Shown here: positions 19,990-30,031 of the stretch, piece by piece
Position numbering within the stretch: the first letter of the stretch is position 1
Layout: every line of letters starts with the position of its first letter
Assembly: GCA_043765195.1 (NCBI GenBank)
Contig: JAYUJN010000016.1
Span: forward strand, 17,761 to 81,760
Length of the DNA stretch: 64,000 bases
Direction: 5' to 3'
Origin: Bacteroidota bacterium
Lineage (GTDB): Bacteria; Bacteroidota; Bacteroidia; UBA7662; JAYUJN01
Position numbers and translations under genes: made by a program
The notes under the pieces: model-generated
Database searches by the model: none
Told to the model about the DNA's origin: nothing
Seen by the model: only the letters and a program-made list of their open reading frames with translations

Positions 19990-20526
19990 TTACACCAGCC
20001 CCAACGCCGAATAATAACGCTGCTCCAACACCGTGAGGTGGTGCATCACATGACCGCACATAATAAACCCGAGTGCAAGTGCGCATATTTTATGGTTGGA
20101 GCTGGTGCCAGCCCAGCACAGGTTTTCTGCGCTCAAATGGTGGAAAAGCACCACATTTACCTGGCGTAGCAGCCCAAACTCCTGCACCAAATCTGCTACG
20201 CTACGCCCCGAAACGTCGGCGTTTTCCACGTAGTGGTTCTCATTAAAGCCCGCCAAGGGCGTGGCATCACGGCGTGCTATGCGCATGGCTCTGTACGCAA
20301 ACACCCGCTCGCCATCTATAATGTGTTGCAGCATTTGTTTGGCAGTCCATTTGCCCTCGGCATAAACAAAATCGCCCATTTTTTCGAGCCTGGGCAGTTC
20401 TTTTTCGAGTGTTTTAATGCCTCCATAAGTACGCAGCGCATCTGTAACCATTACATTATCAGGCACTAAACTTGCGTAAGGCATAAAAAACGAAGGCATT
20501 TCTGTTATCGAGGTTCTGGTAAGCAT
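19990..20526 (-). CDS. DinB-family (DinB_2-like) metal-dependent protein
   Basis: 178 aa with the His-containing helix pattern MLQHIIDGERVF...HH...MCGHVMHH, typical of four-helix DinB proteins. Confidence 0.65.
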   Translation of the reverse strand: MLTRTSITEMPSFFMPYASLVPDNVMVTDALRTYGGIKTLEKELPRLEKMGDFVYAEGKWTAKQMLQHIIDGERVFAYRAMRIARRDATPLAGFNENHYVENADVSGRSVADLVQEFGLLRQVNVVLFHHLSAENLCWAGTSSNHKICALALGFIMCGHVMHHLTVLEQRYYSALGLV

Positions 20527-20538
20527 TTTATTTATAAT

Positions 20539-21069
20539 TTATTTTTTTAGGTAGTTAAGCAAAAAAAGCCCCACATCTGGGTGCGTTATTTCATCGTTTT
20601 GGGCATCAAAAAGCACGGCTTCAAACGCAGCTATGGGCATGAGTATGGTTTCCAAAAATTCGTTTTCGTCGTATTTTGGCGTGGCTACCAGCTCGCAATC
20701 CAAAGCAATAAAAATATGCTTGCTTAGGTTTGTATAAGCGTCCAAAACCGTTTTTACGTGCCGCATACTGGCGCATTTATAGCCCGTTTCCTCCAAAAGT
20801 TCACGGTGCGCCGTGGCTACGGGCAGCTCGTTGTCGTCTATTTGCCCATCTACAAAGCCCAGCAAAACCCGCTCGGGTCCGGGGCGAAACTGCCGAACCA
20901 TAATCAATTCGTTGTTTGTAGTCAGCGCAGCCACCGACACAAACGGTCTGGAAATCATAATGTCGTACTCCGCCGTGCGCTCATTGGGCAGCAAAAAAGT
21001 ACGCCTTACCATTTGTCGGTAGCCTTTGTAGGCGAGTATTTCAGCCGTTTTTTTCCAAATATCAATCAT
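20539..21069 (-). CDS. NUDIX hydrolase
   Basis: 176 aa with the Nudix box GFVDGQIDDNELPVATAHRELLEETGY (Gx5Ex7REUxEExGU). Confidence 0.85.
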   Translation of the reverse strand: MIDIWKKTAEILAYKGYRQMVRRTFLLPNERTAEYDIMISRPFVSVAALTTNNELIMVRQFRPGPERVLLGFVDGQIDDNELPVATAHRELLEETGYKCASMRHVKTVLDAYTNLSKHIFIALDCELVATPKYDENEFLETILMPIAAFEAVLFDAQNDEITHPDVGLFLLNYLKK

Positions 21070-22222
21070 TTGCGTATTTTTTTGGGTTTTTGGAGGGAAA
21101 ATTCAATTTATTACCCAGTTTTTTTAAAACATTGTTTCGCCCAAAAAAATGGTAAAACCCAATATTTAGCACAAAAGCCAACACAACCGCAATGATAAAT
21201 TTGAGGTAAAACCCAATATTCAGAGGCATAAGGCATAGCTGCACAGCCATTACGGTGGGCATATTGGTTAGATAAACCGAGTACGAAGCATCGGATAGGT
21301 AGCGCACCAGCGGCGAGGTTTGCGCTTTTATTTGTGCAAAAAAGCCCCAAATACCCATCACCAAAAAATAAGTAGCGCTCGTGGCACTTAGCACCGCCGC
21401 CATTTTTATGTAAAAATAATACGGCAACTCGGTTTTGGTAAAATACAACTGCGGCGCAAGTGCCACCAACCCCAAAACGATGCCGATGCCCAAAAATATT
21501 TTGTAATTTTTAGTCATCAAATTAGCCCAAAGCTCGGCTTTGTATATGCCAATGCCGAGCAAAAAAAACGAAAAATAATGCACCAAAGATGGCAATTCGG
21601 GGCGCAAACCCAGCGGATTATCCACTATCCAGCGGGGCATGGCGTACATGGCTGCCACGGAGGCTGCCATAGCCACGGCAATAAAATACTTTATGGGCAA
21701 GCCAAAAATGGCGTGGAATGGCTTGGGTAGCCCAAACCTAAAAGCGAGTACAAACGCATAAAAAATGAGCAAATAATACAAAAACCACAAATGCCCCGTA
21801 GGAAAAAAATGGTTGGAGGCAAAAAGCCAGCCACCCAAATAAGCGTTTTTGATTGCCTCGGCTTGCAGCCAGCTATAATTTTGGAGCTTGTTTAAATAAA
21901 AAAATGCAATAATAATGGGTACAAAAACCACCAAACCCAGTACAAAAGGCACTAAAATACGGCGCAATCGGTCGCTGATGATTTGTGAAACCGTTTTTTT
22001 TTGGAGCTGCATAGCAAACATAAAACCCGAAAGCACAAAGAACAACTCCATGACGAAAAGGTGTAGCTCAAACACCGAAAAATCGAAAAACCATGCGCCA
22101 TTTTGCTCATTGATGGACCAAACTGGCGCAAATGTAACCATGTACGGCACAGCAGCGTGGATAAAACAACGGGCAAAGTTGGCAAAAATTCGCAAAAAAT
22201 CGAGCTGAACGATGCGGTTCAT
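21062..22222 (-). CDS. Acyltransferase family 3 (OatA/OpgC-like) membrane protein
   Basis: 386 aa, polytopic, with the N-terminal motif LDFLRIFANFARCFIHA typical of acyltransferase_3. Its 3' end overlaps the NUDIX start by 8 nt. Confidence 0.8.
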   Translation of the reverse strand: MNRIVQLDFLRIFANFARCFIHAAVPYMVTFAPVWSINEQNGAWFFDFSVFELHLFVMELFFVLSGFMFAMQLQKKTVSQIISDRLRRILVPFVLGLVVFVPIIIAFFYLNKLQNYSWLQAEAIKNAYLGGWLFASNHFFPTGHLWFLYYLLIFYAFVLAFRFGLPKPFHAIFGLPIKYFIAVAMAASVAAMYAMPRWIVDNPLGLRPELPSLVHYFSFFLLGIGIYKAELWANLMTKNYKIFLGIGIVLGLVALAPQLYFTKTELPYYFYIKMAAVLSATSATYFLVMGIWGFFAQIKAQTSPLVRYLSDASYSVYLTNMPTVMAVQLCLMPLNIGFYLKFIIAVVLAFVLNIGFYHFFGRNNVLKKLGNKLNFPSKNPKKYAND

Positions 22223-22254
22223 GGTTGTTTGGGTGGTAAATGTAAAAAACGGCT

Positions 22255-23862
22255 TTATCCCATTTTGGGTGCTGCTGCTAAAATTTCGGGCGATGCTTGG
22301 CTGGCGTATTCTTCAAAATTTTGGTTGAATGCCTGCGCCAGTTCCGTGGCTTTTTGGTCGTATTCGTGGGCATTTCTCCAGGTGAGCCTTGGGTCTAAAA
22401 TTTGGGCTGGCACATCGGGGCAGTTTTTGGGTATGGCTACACCAAAAATGGGGTGCGTGTGGTAGGTTTCGTTGTCCAACAAGCCGTCGAGTGCCGCTGT
22501 GATCATGGCACGGGTGTATTTTAGGTTCATGCGCTTGCCCACGCCGTAGCCGCCGCCGCTCCAGCCTGTGTTTATGAGCCAAACATTTACGTTGTTTTCA
22601 CGCATTTTTTTGCCCAAAAGCTCGGCGTATTGCGTGGGGTGCAGCGGCAAAAATGCCGCACCAAAGCAAGCCGAAAAGGTAGTTTGCGGTTCTTTTACTC
22701 CTACCTCTGTACCCGCTACCTTGGCGGTGTAGCCCGAAATAAAATGATACATCGCCTGCCCAGTACTCAATTTTGAGATGGGAGGCAGCACCCCAAAGGC
22801 ATCGCAGGTAAGGAAAAAAATATTTTTTGGACTACCACCCACCGAAACGGGTTTGGCGTTTTGTATAAAATGGATTGGGTACGAAACCCTGGTGTTTTCG
22901 GTCAGGCTGTTGTCGGCGTAGTTGGGCGTGTTTGTGCCTGGCTCAAAGCCGATATTTTCCAAAATTGCGCCGTGTTTTATAGCCGCAAAAATTTCGGGTT
23001 CTTTTTCAGAGGTTAAATCTATGGTTTTGGCATAGCAACCGCCCTCAAAGTTAAAAACTGAACTTTCGCCCCAGCCGTGTTCGTCGTCGCCTATGAGCGC
23101 ACGGTTGGGGTCGGCGCTTAGGGTTGTTTTTCCAGTACCCGACAAGCCAAAAAACACGGCGGTATCGCCATTTTTGCCCTCATTTGCGGAGCAGTGCATG
23201 GATAGTGTGTTGCGTTCATGGGGCAAAACGTAGTTTAAAACCGAAAAAATGCCCTTTTTTATTTCGCCAGTGTAGGCAGTTCCACCGATTAATATAATTT
23301 TTTTGGTAAAATTTATGATGGCAAAGTTAGCTTGCCTTGTGCCGTCTGTTTCGGGGTCGGCTTCAAAACTGGGGGCGTTTACCACGCTCCAATCGGGCAT
23401 ATCCATTTCTAAAACCTCGGCATTTGTGGGGCGCAAAAACATATTGTACGCAAACAAATTGGCGTAGGCGGTTTCGGTTACTACCCGCACATTTAGGCGG
23501 TAGTTGGCATCGGCGCAGGCGTAGCAATCCCGCACAAAAACGGATTTATTACTCAGGTGCGCCGCCATTTTTTGGTGCAGTTTATCGAAGTTTTCGGGCG
23601 AAAAAGCAATGTTTACCCTTCCCCACCACACGGTTTTGGCGGTGTTTTCGTCTTCTACCACAAACCTATCTTTGGGCGACCTGCCCGTAAACTTTCCAGT
23701 ATTTATAGCCAAAGCACCGTTGCTGGCGATTACGCCTTCGTTCAAATCGATGCTTTTTTGTATGAGTTCGTCGGCGGTTAAGTTCCAGTGGGCGTGCAAA
23801 ACGCTTTGTAAGCCCAACGACTCAAGCGTTGCGTTTTTTGCTTTTGTACCTATATCAGTCAT
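22255..23862 (-). CDS. pckA: Phosphoenolpyruvate carboxykinase (ATP)
   Basis: Trimmed to the ATG at 23862 (MTDIGTKAKNATLESLG), giving 535 aa with the P-loop FFGLSGTGKTTLS. The track's 733-aa version adds 198 Arg/Lys/His-rich residues and overlaps the upstream glycosyltransferase gene. Confidence 0.95.
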   Translation of the reverse strand: MTDIGTKAKNATLESLGLQSVLHAHWNLTADELIQKSIDLNEGVIASNGALAINTGKFTGRSPKDRFVVEDENTAKTVWWGRVNIAFSPENFDKLHQKMAAHLSNKSVFVRDCYACADANYRLNVRVVTETAYANLFAYNMFLRPTNAEVLEMDMPDWSVVNAPSFEADPETDGTRQANFAIINFTKKIILIGGTAYTGEIKKGIFSVLNYVLPHERNTLSMHCSANEGKNGDTAVFFGLSGTGKTTLSADPNRALIGDDEHGWGESSVFNFEGGCYAKTIDLTSEKEPEIFAAIKHGAILENIGFEPGTNTPNYADNSLTENTRVSYPIHFIQNAKPVSVGGSPKNIFFLTCDAFGVLPPISKLSTGQAMYHFISGYTAKVAGTEVGVKEPQTTFSACFGAAFLPLHPTQYAELLGKKMRENNVNVWLINTGWSGGGYGVGKRMNLKYTRAMITAALDGLLDNETYHTHPIFGVAIPKNCPDVPAQILDPRLTWRNAHEYDQKATELAQAFNQNFEEYASQASPEILAAAPKMG

Positions 23863-23945
23863 GAAAAAAAATTGCTTAAAAAAAAAGGGTGATGGATTGG
23901 TGATGTTGGGTGTAAAAATACGAAAAAAATGCTTAGGTTGGGCTG

Positions 23946-25136
23946 CTACAATGTGGCGTAAAACTGGCATAGTTCGGCGTTTATTTTTTGGTTGTCGTAG
24001 TGGGTTTTGGCTAAAAAATACGCATTTTTGCCCAAATTTGTGCATATTTCGGGGTTTTGCAGCAGTTTTAGGCAGGCATCGGCAAATGTTTGGGGCGTGT
24101 CGGCTATGTAATAATGCTCGAGGTGCGTGCCACAAACGCCCTCCGCCCCCACGCTGGTGCTTACGATTGCCTTGCCGAGCGCCATGGCTTCCACCAGTTT
24201 TATGCGCATTCCGCTCCCCGAAAGCAACGGCACTATGAGTATGCCGTTTTGTTGCATATAGGTTTGGGCGTGGTCTATTTCGCCCCATATTTTTATGTTT
24301 TTGCTGGCTTGCTGTGCTATTTTTTGGGGCATATTTCTGCCCGCAATGTTTACAACCACGTGCGGATTTTTTTCTATGATTTTGGGCAATACTTGCTCCA
24401 AAAACCAGTTCAAACCCTCGATGTTTGGCAGCCAATCTAAGGAAGCGATGAAGCAAATGGCGTGGTTTTGTGGCAGCGAAAAGTTGGGCGGGCTACCGAT
24501 GTTGGCACCGCCCGAGGACACAAAAATGGGCTTTTTGCAGCCCATTTCCACAAACATTTTTTGGTCGTTTGACGTAATGGCTACTACGGCATCTACTTGG
24601 TTCAAAAGGTTTTTTTCATAGACGTGCAGTCGGCGGGCGCAGAGTTTAAAGTACCATTTTAGGGCTAGGTTTGAGGCTTTTTCTGCCATTCTTTTCCAAA
24701 TAATATGCTCTACATTGTGCGCCCTGAGTATAATTTTGGCGTGGGAATGTTTTTGTATTGTGGGCAAATAATCGGCTATGTACGGCGACTCGAGGTGTAT
24801 GATGTCGAAGGTTTGGGTTTGCAGCAATTTTTGGAGCTTGGCGTTGGCTTCTGGGCTAAAAAAACGTGTTATGTTGTACGATTTTTTTGTAAACAGGTTG
24901 AAAAACGCTGGCAAAAGGCGCACATTTGTGTTTACGGCTGTGGTGTGCAGCGCTATGTTTTGGGTAAATTCGGTGGGCAGTTCCGCTGGGTTTATGCCGT
25001 GTTTTGGCGTGGCGAGGGCAAACATGGTTACTTGGTGTTGCTGCTGCACGTAGCCCATTGCGTTGGTGTAGCCTTGTATAGCGCCGCCATCTTTGAGCGG
25101 AAACGGTATGCGTGTGGTTACAATGAGTATTTTCAT
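23946..25136 (-). CDS. GT-B glycosyltransferase (family 1/4-like)
   Basis: Trimmed to MKILIVTTRIPFPLKDGG (ATG at 25136), giving 396 aa, with the C-terminal GSGMRIKLVEAMALGKAIVST motif. The start lies 1 nt after the stop of the upstream peptidase gene. Confidence 0.8.
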   Translation of the reverse strand: MKILIVTTRIPFPLKDGGAIQGYTNAMGYVQQQHQVTMFALATPKHGINPAELPTEFTQNIALHTTAVNTNVRLLPAFFNLFTKKSYNITRFFSPEANAKLQKLLQTQTFDIIHLESPYIADYLPTIQKHSHAKIILRAHNVEHIIWKRMAEKASNLALKWYFKLCARRLHVYEKNLLNQVDAVVAITSNDQKMFVEMGCKKPIFVSSGGANIGSPPNFSLPQNHAICFIASLDWLPNIEGLNWFLEQVLPKIIEKNPHVVVNIAGRNMPQKIAQQASKNIKIWGEIDHAQTYMQQNGILIVPLLSGSGMRIKLVEAMALGKAIVSTSVGAEGVCGTHLEHYYIADTPQTFADACLKLLQNPEICTNLGKNAYFLAKTHYDNQKINAELCQFYATL

Positions 25137-25137
25137 G

Positions 25138-26070
25138 TTAGAGTTCTTGCATGAGCAACTGGTAGAGTTTGAGCATGGCTTCGAAGTCTTTTTTGTGTAC
25201 TTTTTCGTTTGGGGTATGCACAAAATCCTCGGGTGCGCCCACAAAGCACCAGTCGATGGGGTAGCCCGATTTTTGAATGTGGTTGCCATCGCTGCCGCCG
25301 CTGCTTTCTACCTCTATTTGGTACGGAATGTTGTGTTTTTGGGCTATTTCCACGATTTTTCGCACATAAATACGGCGTGGTATGCCGCTATCCCTCATAG
25401 AAATGGCTACGCCCTTGCCGTGCTGCACCCCTTGCGTTACCCAAGTAATGTCGGATATGAGGGCTTGGCTTACGTGGTAGTTCTCATATATAAACCTGCC
25501 CAAATGCCGAGGCGATGCGCCGCTTACTTCTTCTAAGGTAGAAAAAACGACGATGCCGTTTTCCAGCGTTTCGCACAGTTTCAGTGCATTTAGCACGCCC
25601 AGCCTGTTGTCCAAATAGCAGCTTTGTATGTACTTTTCGTCTTCTATAAACTGTTGTTTATACACCAAGTTTGTGCCTGGCTCTACGTTCTTTTTTGATT
25701 TTAAAGTAATTTTGGCTGGCTCGTTGTTTTGCGCCTCTTGCACCTGCAATGTGCCTTCCACGAGGTTGTTTTGGCTGTCGTAGCCGTATAGCTCTATGCC
25801 TTGGTTCAGGCGTGGACCGCCCAGTTTTACCAGTTCGTTGTTGTAGCGCACCGTAAACCCAATGCTATCTATGTGCGCAAAAACGGCGGTGCGTGGCTTG
25901 CCAAAAACGAGTATGATGTTCTCTTGAAAGCCGTTGCCAGCGTGTATTATGGGTTGGGTTTTCCAGCTTGATTTGTGTTCGTTTACGTAGTCTAATATAA
26001 AATTAGTCATCTGAATTTCTTCGCCAGCGGGCGCATATATGCCGCACATTTTTTTTAGTAATTCGTACAT
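25138..26070 (-). CDS. M42-family (FrvX/CelM-like) aminopeptidase
   Basis: 310 aa with N-terminal LLKKMCGIYAPAGEE and AHIDSIGFTV, resembling the M42 metal-binding H-x-D region. Confidence 0.7.
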   Translation of the reverse strand: MYELLKKMCGIYAPAGEEIQMTNFILDYVNEHKSSWKTQPIIHAGNGFQENIILVFGKPRTAVFAHIDSIGFTVRYNNELVKLGGPRLNQGIELYGYDSQNNLVEGTLQVQEAQNNEPAKITLKSKKNVEPGTNLVYKQQFIEDEKYIQSCYLDNRLGVLNALKLCETLENGIVVFSTLEEVSGASPRHLGRFIYENYHVSQALISDITWVTQGVQHGKGVAISMRDSGIPRRIYVRKIVEIAQKHNIPYQIEVESSGGSDGNHIQKSGYPIDWCFVGAPEDFVHTPNEKVHKKDFEAMLKLYQLLMQEL

Positions 26071-26298
26071 TTCGCTATTGTTGTTAAATACTTTTCTGTG
26101 TTTTTTGTGTTCGTAATCATGCCCAAAAACCTAATTTGTAGCCGTTTTAATGCCCAAAATTAAGAAAAAAACAAGTAAAATGCAAATCCTTTTCAACTAT
26201 TTGAGCGCATTTTGGAAAAGCCACCAAATTTTGAAACAATCGGCAACCATTAAAACGGAAACGAACTACGCCCACGCCACAAAAACGTTGGGTATAAA

Positions 26299-27330
26299 TT
26301 AAACTTTTTGTGTTCGTAGCATTTTTTTTATGTTTTGTACCAATGGCGAGCCTTTATACACAAAACCTGTGTAAAGTTGCACCAAATCGGCACCAGCATC
26401 TATTTTTTGGGCGGCATCTTGTGCCGAAAAAATGCCACCTACGCCGATTATGGCGTATGTTTGGGGCAGGTTTTTGCGCAAAAACGCCACCACTTCCGTG
26501 CTGCGCCCGCTCAGGGGTAGCCCGCTAAGCCCGCCCGCACCCATTTGCGCCACTCGGGCGGCGGTGGTACGCAAGCCCGCTCGGGCTACGGTGGTATTGG
26601 TAGCCACCACGCCCGCAATTTGGGTTTTTTGCACCAAATAAACCACGTCGTTCAGTTGTTCGTCGTTCAAATCGGGGGCTATTTTCAAAAAAATCGGCTT
26701 TGGTTTTGGTTTGCTTTGGTTTATCGCCTGCAAACCCACCAAAATCCCCTCCAAGGCATCTTTTTCTTGCAGCTCCCGCAAATTGGGCGTGTTGGGCGAG
26801 CTTACATTCACCGTAAAATAATCCACGACATCGAACAGCCGCTCAAAACAAATTTCGTAATCCCGCAACGCCCTATCGTTGGGCGTATCCTTGTTTTTGC
26901 CTATGTTTCCGCCAATTATCAAGCCCTTGGGTCGGTTGCGCAGCCTCGCCGCCGCCACATCTACACCCTCATTGTTAAAACCCATGCGGTTTATAATCGC
27001 ACCATCTGCCCGCAGCCTAAACAAACGTGGCTGCGCATTGCCCATTTGCGGCATGGGCGTTACCGTGCCTATCTCCACAAAACCAAAGCCCAGCCGCCAC
27101 AGCGCAGCGTAATAGCGGGCATTTTTGTCCAGCCCAGCCGCCACGCCCACCCTGTTTTCGAAGCGCAAACCAGCCACCACCGCCGCATCGGCAGGCACAG
27201 TAGGGTGCAGCCAATCCAGCAAAAAACCGCCCAGCGCATTGCCAGCCACAAAATTTAGGGCAGAAAGCGAAAAATTGTGCGCCATTTCGGCAGGCAACAA
27301 AAAAAGAAAAAAACGAATGATAGCGTACAT
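26299..27330 (-). CDS. pyrD: Dihydroorotate dehydrogenase (quinone), class 2
   Basis: 343 aa with an N-terminal membrane-association helix followed by FENRVGVAAGLDKN, GFVEIGTVTP and GGIFSAQDA. Confidence 0.93.
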   Translation of the reverse strand: MYAIIRFFLFLLPAEMAHNFSLSALNFVAGNALGGFLLDWLHPTVPADAAVVAGLRFENRVGVAAGLDKNARYYAALWRLGFGFVEIGTVTPMPQMGNAQPRLFRLRADGAIINRMGFNNEGVDVAAARLRNRPKGLIIGGNIGKNKDTPNDRALRDYEICFERLFDVVDYFTVNVSSPNTPNLRELQEKDALEGILVGLQAINQSKPKPKPIFLKIAPDLNDEQLNDVVYLVQKTQIAGVVATNTTVARAGLRTTAARVAQMGAGGLSGLPLSGRSTEVVAFLRKNLPQTYAIIGVGGIFSAQDAAQKIDAGADLVQLYTGFVYKGSPLVQNIKKMLRTQKV

Positions 27331-27405
27331 AGCCTGTATTGAATTGTAAATGTATAAAAATGTTTTTTGTTACGCAAATAAAAATGATTTTTTCGCAAAA
27401 AAAAC

Positions 27406-29811
27406 CTAAAACTTATAACTGTAACCGAAGCGCAACACCTGCGTTTCGTAATAATCGCTGCTGGTATAAGAAAAACCACGCCCGACAACCGTTTTTTTCA
27501 AAACCATGGTATTTAGTAAATCCGTGGCATTAAAAAACAGCTCGCCCTTGCCAGCCTGCACCACCTTTTTCAAGCCCAAATCCAACGAAAAACGCTGCGC
27601 CACCACGCCCTGCGGGCTAATATCGGGCGCATAATACACCGCCGAAAGTTGCCCCTGCACCTTGCCAGCAAAATAAAAGGTATTGTTTAGCTTCACATTG
27701 CCCGAAAATATTTTTTGTTGCGCCGCACTAAAAACCTGCGGCACAGGGTATTTGTTCTCCACCGAAAAAGCATTTATTTGGTTGCGGTACGCATTCAGGT
27801 TCAGGCTAAACCCGTACATTTTAGATGGCTCTTGCGCCCAAACCATTTCCACGCCCGTGTTGTAGCTCTTGCCCGCATTCTGAAAAACGGCATAAATCAA
27901 ATTGCTGCCTGGCGCAATGCTCGAAATTCGGGTAATCGTACCCTGCGAAAACTTGTGGTAAAACGCCGCAAAAAAACTGCCCTTGTCCCCACTTTTTTTG
28001 TACCCAAGCTCCACATTGTTCGTAAACTGCGGTCGGAGCGCAGGGTTGCCCACCTTTATTATTTCGGCATCGTCGTACTTCGGAAAAATCCGAATGTCCA
28101 CCTCGTTCGGTCTGTCCACACGCCTGTTGTAAAAAAACGACACCTTATTTTCCTCATTTAGCTTGTAAGCCAGCCGCACATTCGGGAATGGTTGCGTGTA
28201 ATTGTAGCCATCGCTCTTGTAGGTTGGGTGGTTTGGGGCTACCTCATAGTTTATTTTCACGTACTCCATGCGCAAACCCAGCTCCGCCTCCCAGTTTTTG
28301 GTTTCAAACACATAGTTGCCATACGCCGCTGGTATCCACTCGCTGTACGTAGCCTTGCCGCCCGCCGTGCTGTCTATCACCGAGTTTGCGCCAGGCATAA
28401 ACTGCATATTGGTGGGTATGTCCCTTTTGCGCAGCTTCACGCCCGTTTCCAGCCTCCCAAACTTCAAGGGCTTTACGTAATCCAGCGTAAAATCGTACAC
28501 TTGCTCGTCCGATAGCAGCTTAAACGCATCTTTACCAAGCGAATTGGGCAAAATATTGTCGTAAAAATACTTCTCGTTTTCTCTATGAAATGTATAATTA
28601 AGCCCAACATTCAACACATTGCCCGCACCCTTAAACTTGTGCTGATAGCTGGTGCTGCCCATAAAAGTCGTTTTTAGCTCGTCCTCCAAAAACTGCCATA
28701 GCCTTATTCTTTCGGTCAATCCGCCATAAAAAAACGGCTGGTCGCCCCTATCTATAATTTTTTCGCTGCCCCACAAACCCGAAACCGTAATGCTATTTTG
28801 GGCATCGAACACATAATCCACACCCGATTTTAGGGTCGTAAAATGGGTGTTTCTGTTCCTTTTCAGTTGCTGGTTTATTACATCGCCGTTGTCGTAGGTT
28901 CTTTTTACAAACTCGTTTTTGTTCAGGGTTTCGGTGTATAAATAATCGCCCTGAAAAAAAACATTGAGCTTTCCCCTCAAATAATTCAGCGAAATGTTGG
29001 GGTTTAGCTTTGGCGTTCTGGCGTATTGGGGCGTGATGGTAGGCAAATTTGGCTGGCGCACCCAAAGCGCACCTGCGCCCGTGGTCATGCCTATTTTGCC
29101 GTTAAAACCCTGCTTTTTGTTCGTTTTATACACAATATTTATAATTCCTGCGTTGCCATTGGCATCGTACTTCGCCGACGGATTGTTTATAATCTCTATT
29201 TTTTCTATGGCGGAGGCGGGTATGTTGTCCAAGCCCGACTGGCTGCCAAAGCCCGTGAGCGCCGTTTGCTTGCCGTCTATCAGCACCACTACTTTGTCGC
29301 TGCCACGGAGCTGCACCTTGCCACTTTGTACCGCCACGCCAGGCAGGTTTTGCATGGCTTGCAGCACCGAGCCGCCCGTTTGGCTAATATTATCTTTGAG
29401 CAAAAAAGTTTTTTTGTCCATTTTTTCGCTTACTTCGTCTTGCTTTGCCACGATTAAAAGCTCACCGAGCGTGTTTTTTTGCACCAGCTCCGTGCTACCC
29501 AAATTCAAAAAAGGTGAGAGCTTGCCCACAAACAACGCCTGCATTTGGGTTTTGTAGCCCACATAAGAAAACTGCAATACATATCTCCCAGGTTTTACAT
29601 TTGCCAAGCTAAAATAACCATCTTCGGCTGTGGCGGTTCCGCCCACAAAACTGCTGTCTTTCTCCGTTTTTAGCACCACATTGGCAAAAGCGATGGCTGT
29701 TTTGCCCACCGATTCTTTTACATTGCCCGAAATGGTAACGGTATTTTGCGCATTTAACCCCAAAAAAAGGAGGAGAAATACGGCTATAAGCAAGTTTGTT
29801 TTGTGATTCAT
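27406..29811 (-). CDS. TonB-dependent receptor with an N-terminal CarboxypepD_reg-like domain
   Basis: 801 aa: signal peptide, a TISGNVKE...ANVVL carboxypeptidase-regulatory-like domain, a plug, and a beta-barrel ending RFGYSYKF with a terminal aromatic residue. Confidence 0.9.
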   Translation of the reverse strand: MNHKTNLLIAVFLLLFLGLNAQNTVTISGNVKESVGKTAIAFANVVLKTEKDSSFVGGTATAEDGYFSLANVKPGRYVLQFSYVGYKTQMQALFVGKLSPFLNLGSTELVQKNTLGELLIVAKQDEVSEKMDKKTFLLKDNISQTGGSVLQAMQNLPGVAVQSGKVQLRGSDKVVVLIDGKQTALTGFGSQSGLDNIPASAIEKIEIINNPSAKYDANGNAGIINIVYKTNKKQGFNGKIGMTTGAGALWVRQPNLPTITPQYARTPKLNPNISLNYLRGKLNVFFQGDYLYTETLNKNEFVKRTYDNGDVINQQLKRNRNTHFTTLKSGVDYVFDAQNSITVSGLWGSEKIIDRGDQPFFYGGLTERIRLWQFLEDELKTTFMGSTSYQHKFKGAGNVLNVGLNYTFHRENEKYFYDNILPNSLGKDAFKLLSDEQVYDFTLDYVKPLKFGRLETGVKLRKRDIPTNMQFMPGANSVIDSTAGGKATYSEWIPAAYGNYVFETKNWEAELGLRMEYVKINYEVAPNHPTYKSDGYNYTQPFPNVRLAYKLNEENKVSFFYNRRVDRPNEVDIRIFPKYDDAEIIKVGNPALRPQFTNNVELGYKKSGDKGSFFAAFYHKFSQGTITRISSIAPGSNLIYAVFQNAGKSYNTGVEMVWAQEPSKMYGFSLNLNAYRNQINAFSVENKYPVPQVFSAAQQKIFSGNVKLNNTFYFAGKVQGQLSAVYYAPDISPQGVVAQRFSLDLGLKKVVQAGKGELFFNATDLLNTMVLKKTVVGRGFSYTSSDYYETQVLRFGYSYKF

Positions 29812-29817
29812 AATTGT

Positions 29818-29912
29818 TTTCTACACCACAAAGGTACTAAATTTATGCCCAAAATCCTTTATTCAAAACCCAAATGATGTGAACCTGAACAATTTTATAG
29901 ACCACGCCAAGC
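29818..29912. repeat. Left copy of the duplicated host intergenic sequence flanking the R-M cassette. It holds the receptor promoter plus a dead copy of the deoC 5' end.
   Basis: 29818-29854 is identical to 32397-32433. 29847-29912 matches 32604-32670 at roughly 85-90% by eye. The left copy reads ATGTGAACCTGAACAATTTTATAGACCACGCCAAGC where the true deoC start reads ATGAACCTAAACAATTTTATAGACCACACCAAGC; the 2-nt insertion creates ATG TGA. Confidence 0.85.
29829..29836 (-). promoter_or_regulatory. -7 box TACCTTTG of the TonB-dependent receptor gene
   Basis: The plus strand reads caaaggta, 18 nt upstream of the ATG at 29811. It lies within the 36-37 bp block that is duplicated at 32397-32433. Confidence 0.55.
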
Positions 29913-30005
29913 ACTGTGCAAAATTTTAGTTGTGTATTGTTGTCAATTAGGATTTATTTTACTTTTTTTTATCCATTTTTTTGCATATTTAGATTTTTAT
30001 TCGCA

Positions 30006-30017
30006 TATTTGCAAATA
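30006..30017. promoter_or_regulatory. Perfect 12-bp palindrome TATTTGCAAATA, 14 nt upstream of the HTH gene; candidate operator
   Basis: Read directly from the sequence. GCATATTT also occurs twice as a direct repeat (29983-29990 and 30003-30010), 20 bp apart. Confidence 0.4.
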
Positions 30018-30031
30018 AATTAAGATGCAAT

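Noticed and set aside
23863-24456. A 198-aa N-terminal extension of the pckA ORF (track ORF 22255-24456, 733 aa).
   Set aside because: The extension is Arg/Lys/His/Pro-rich junk that overlaps the 3' end of the glycosyltransferase gene. A canonical PEPCK N-terminus begins at the ATG at 23862, giving the expected ~535 aa. The same reasoning applies to the extensions of the M28 peptidase (to 19153), the glycosyltransferase (to 25289), alaS (to 41293) and pepP (from 41297).
26071-26298. A 228-bp intergenic region upstream of the M42 peptidase gene with two TTTTGGGCAT words. I considered it as a regulatory repeat.
   Set aside because: The only repeated element is the compositionally common word discussed above. 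There is no hairpin, no TAnnTTTG match and no coding potential that I could support.
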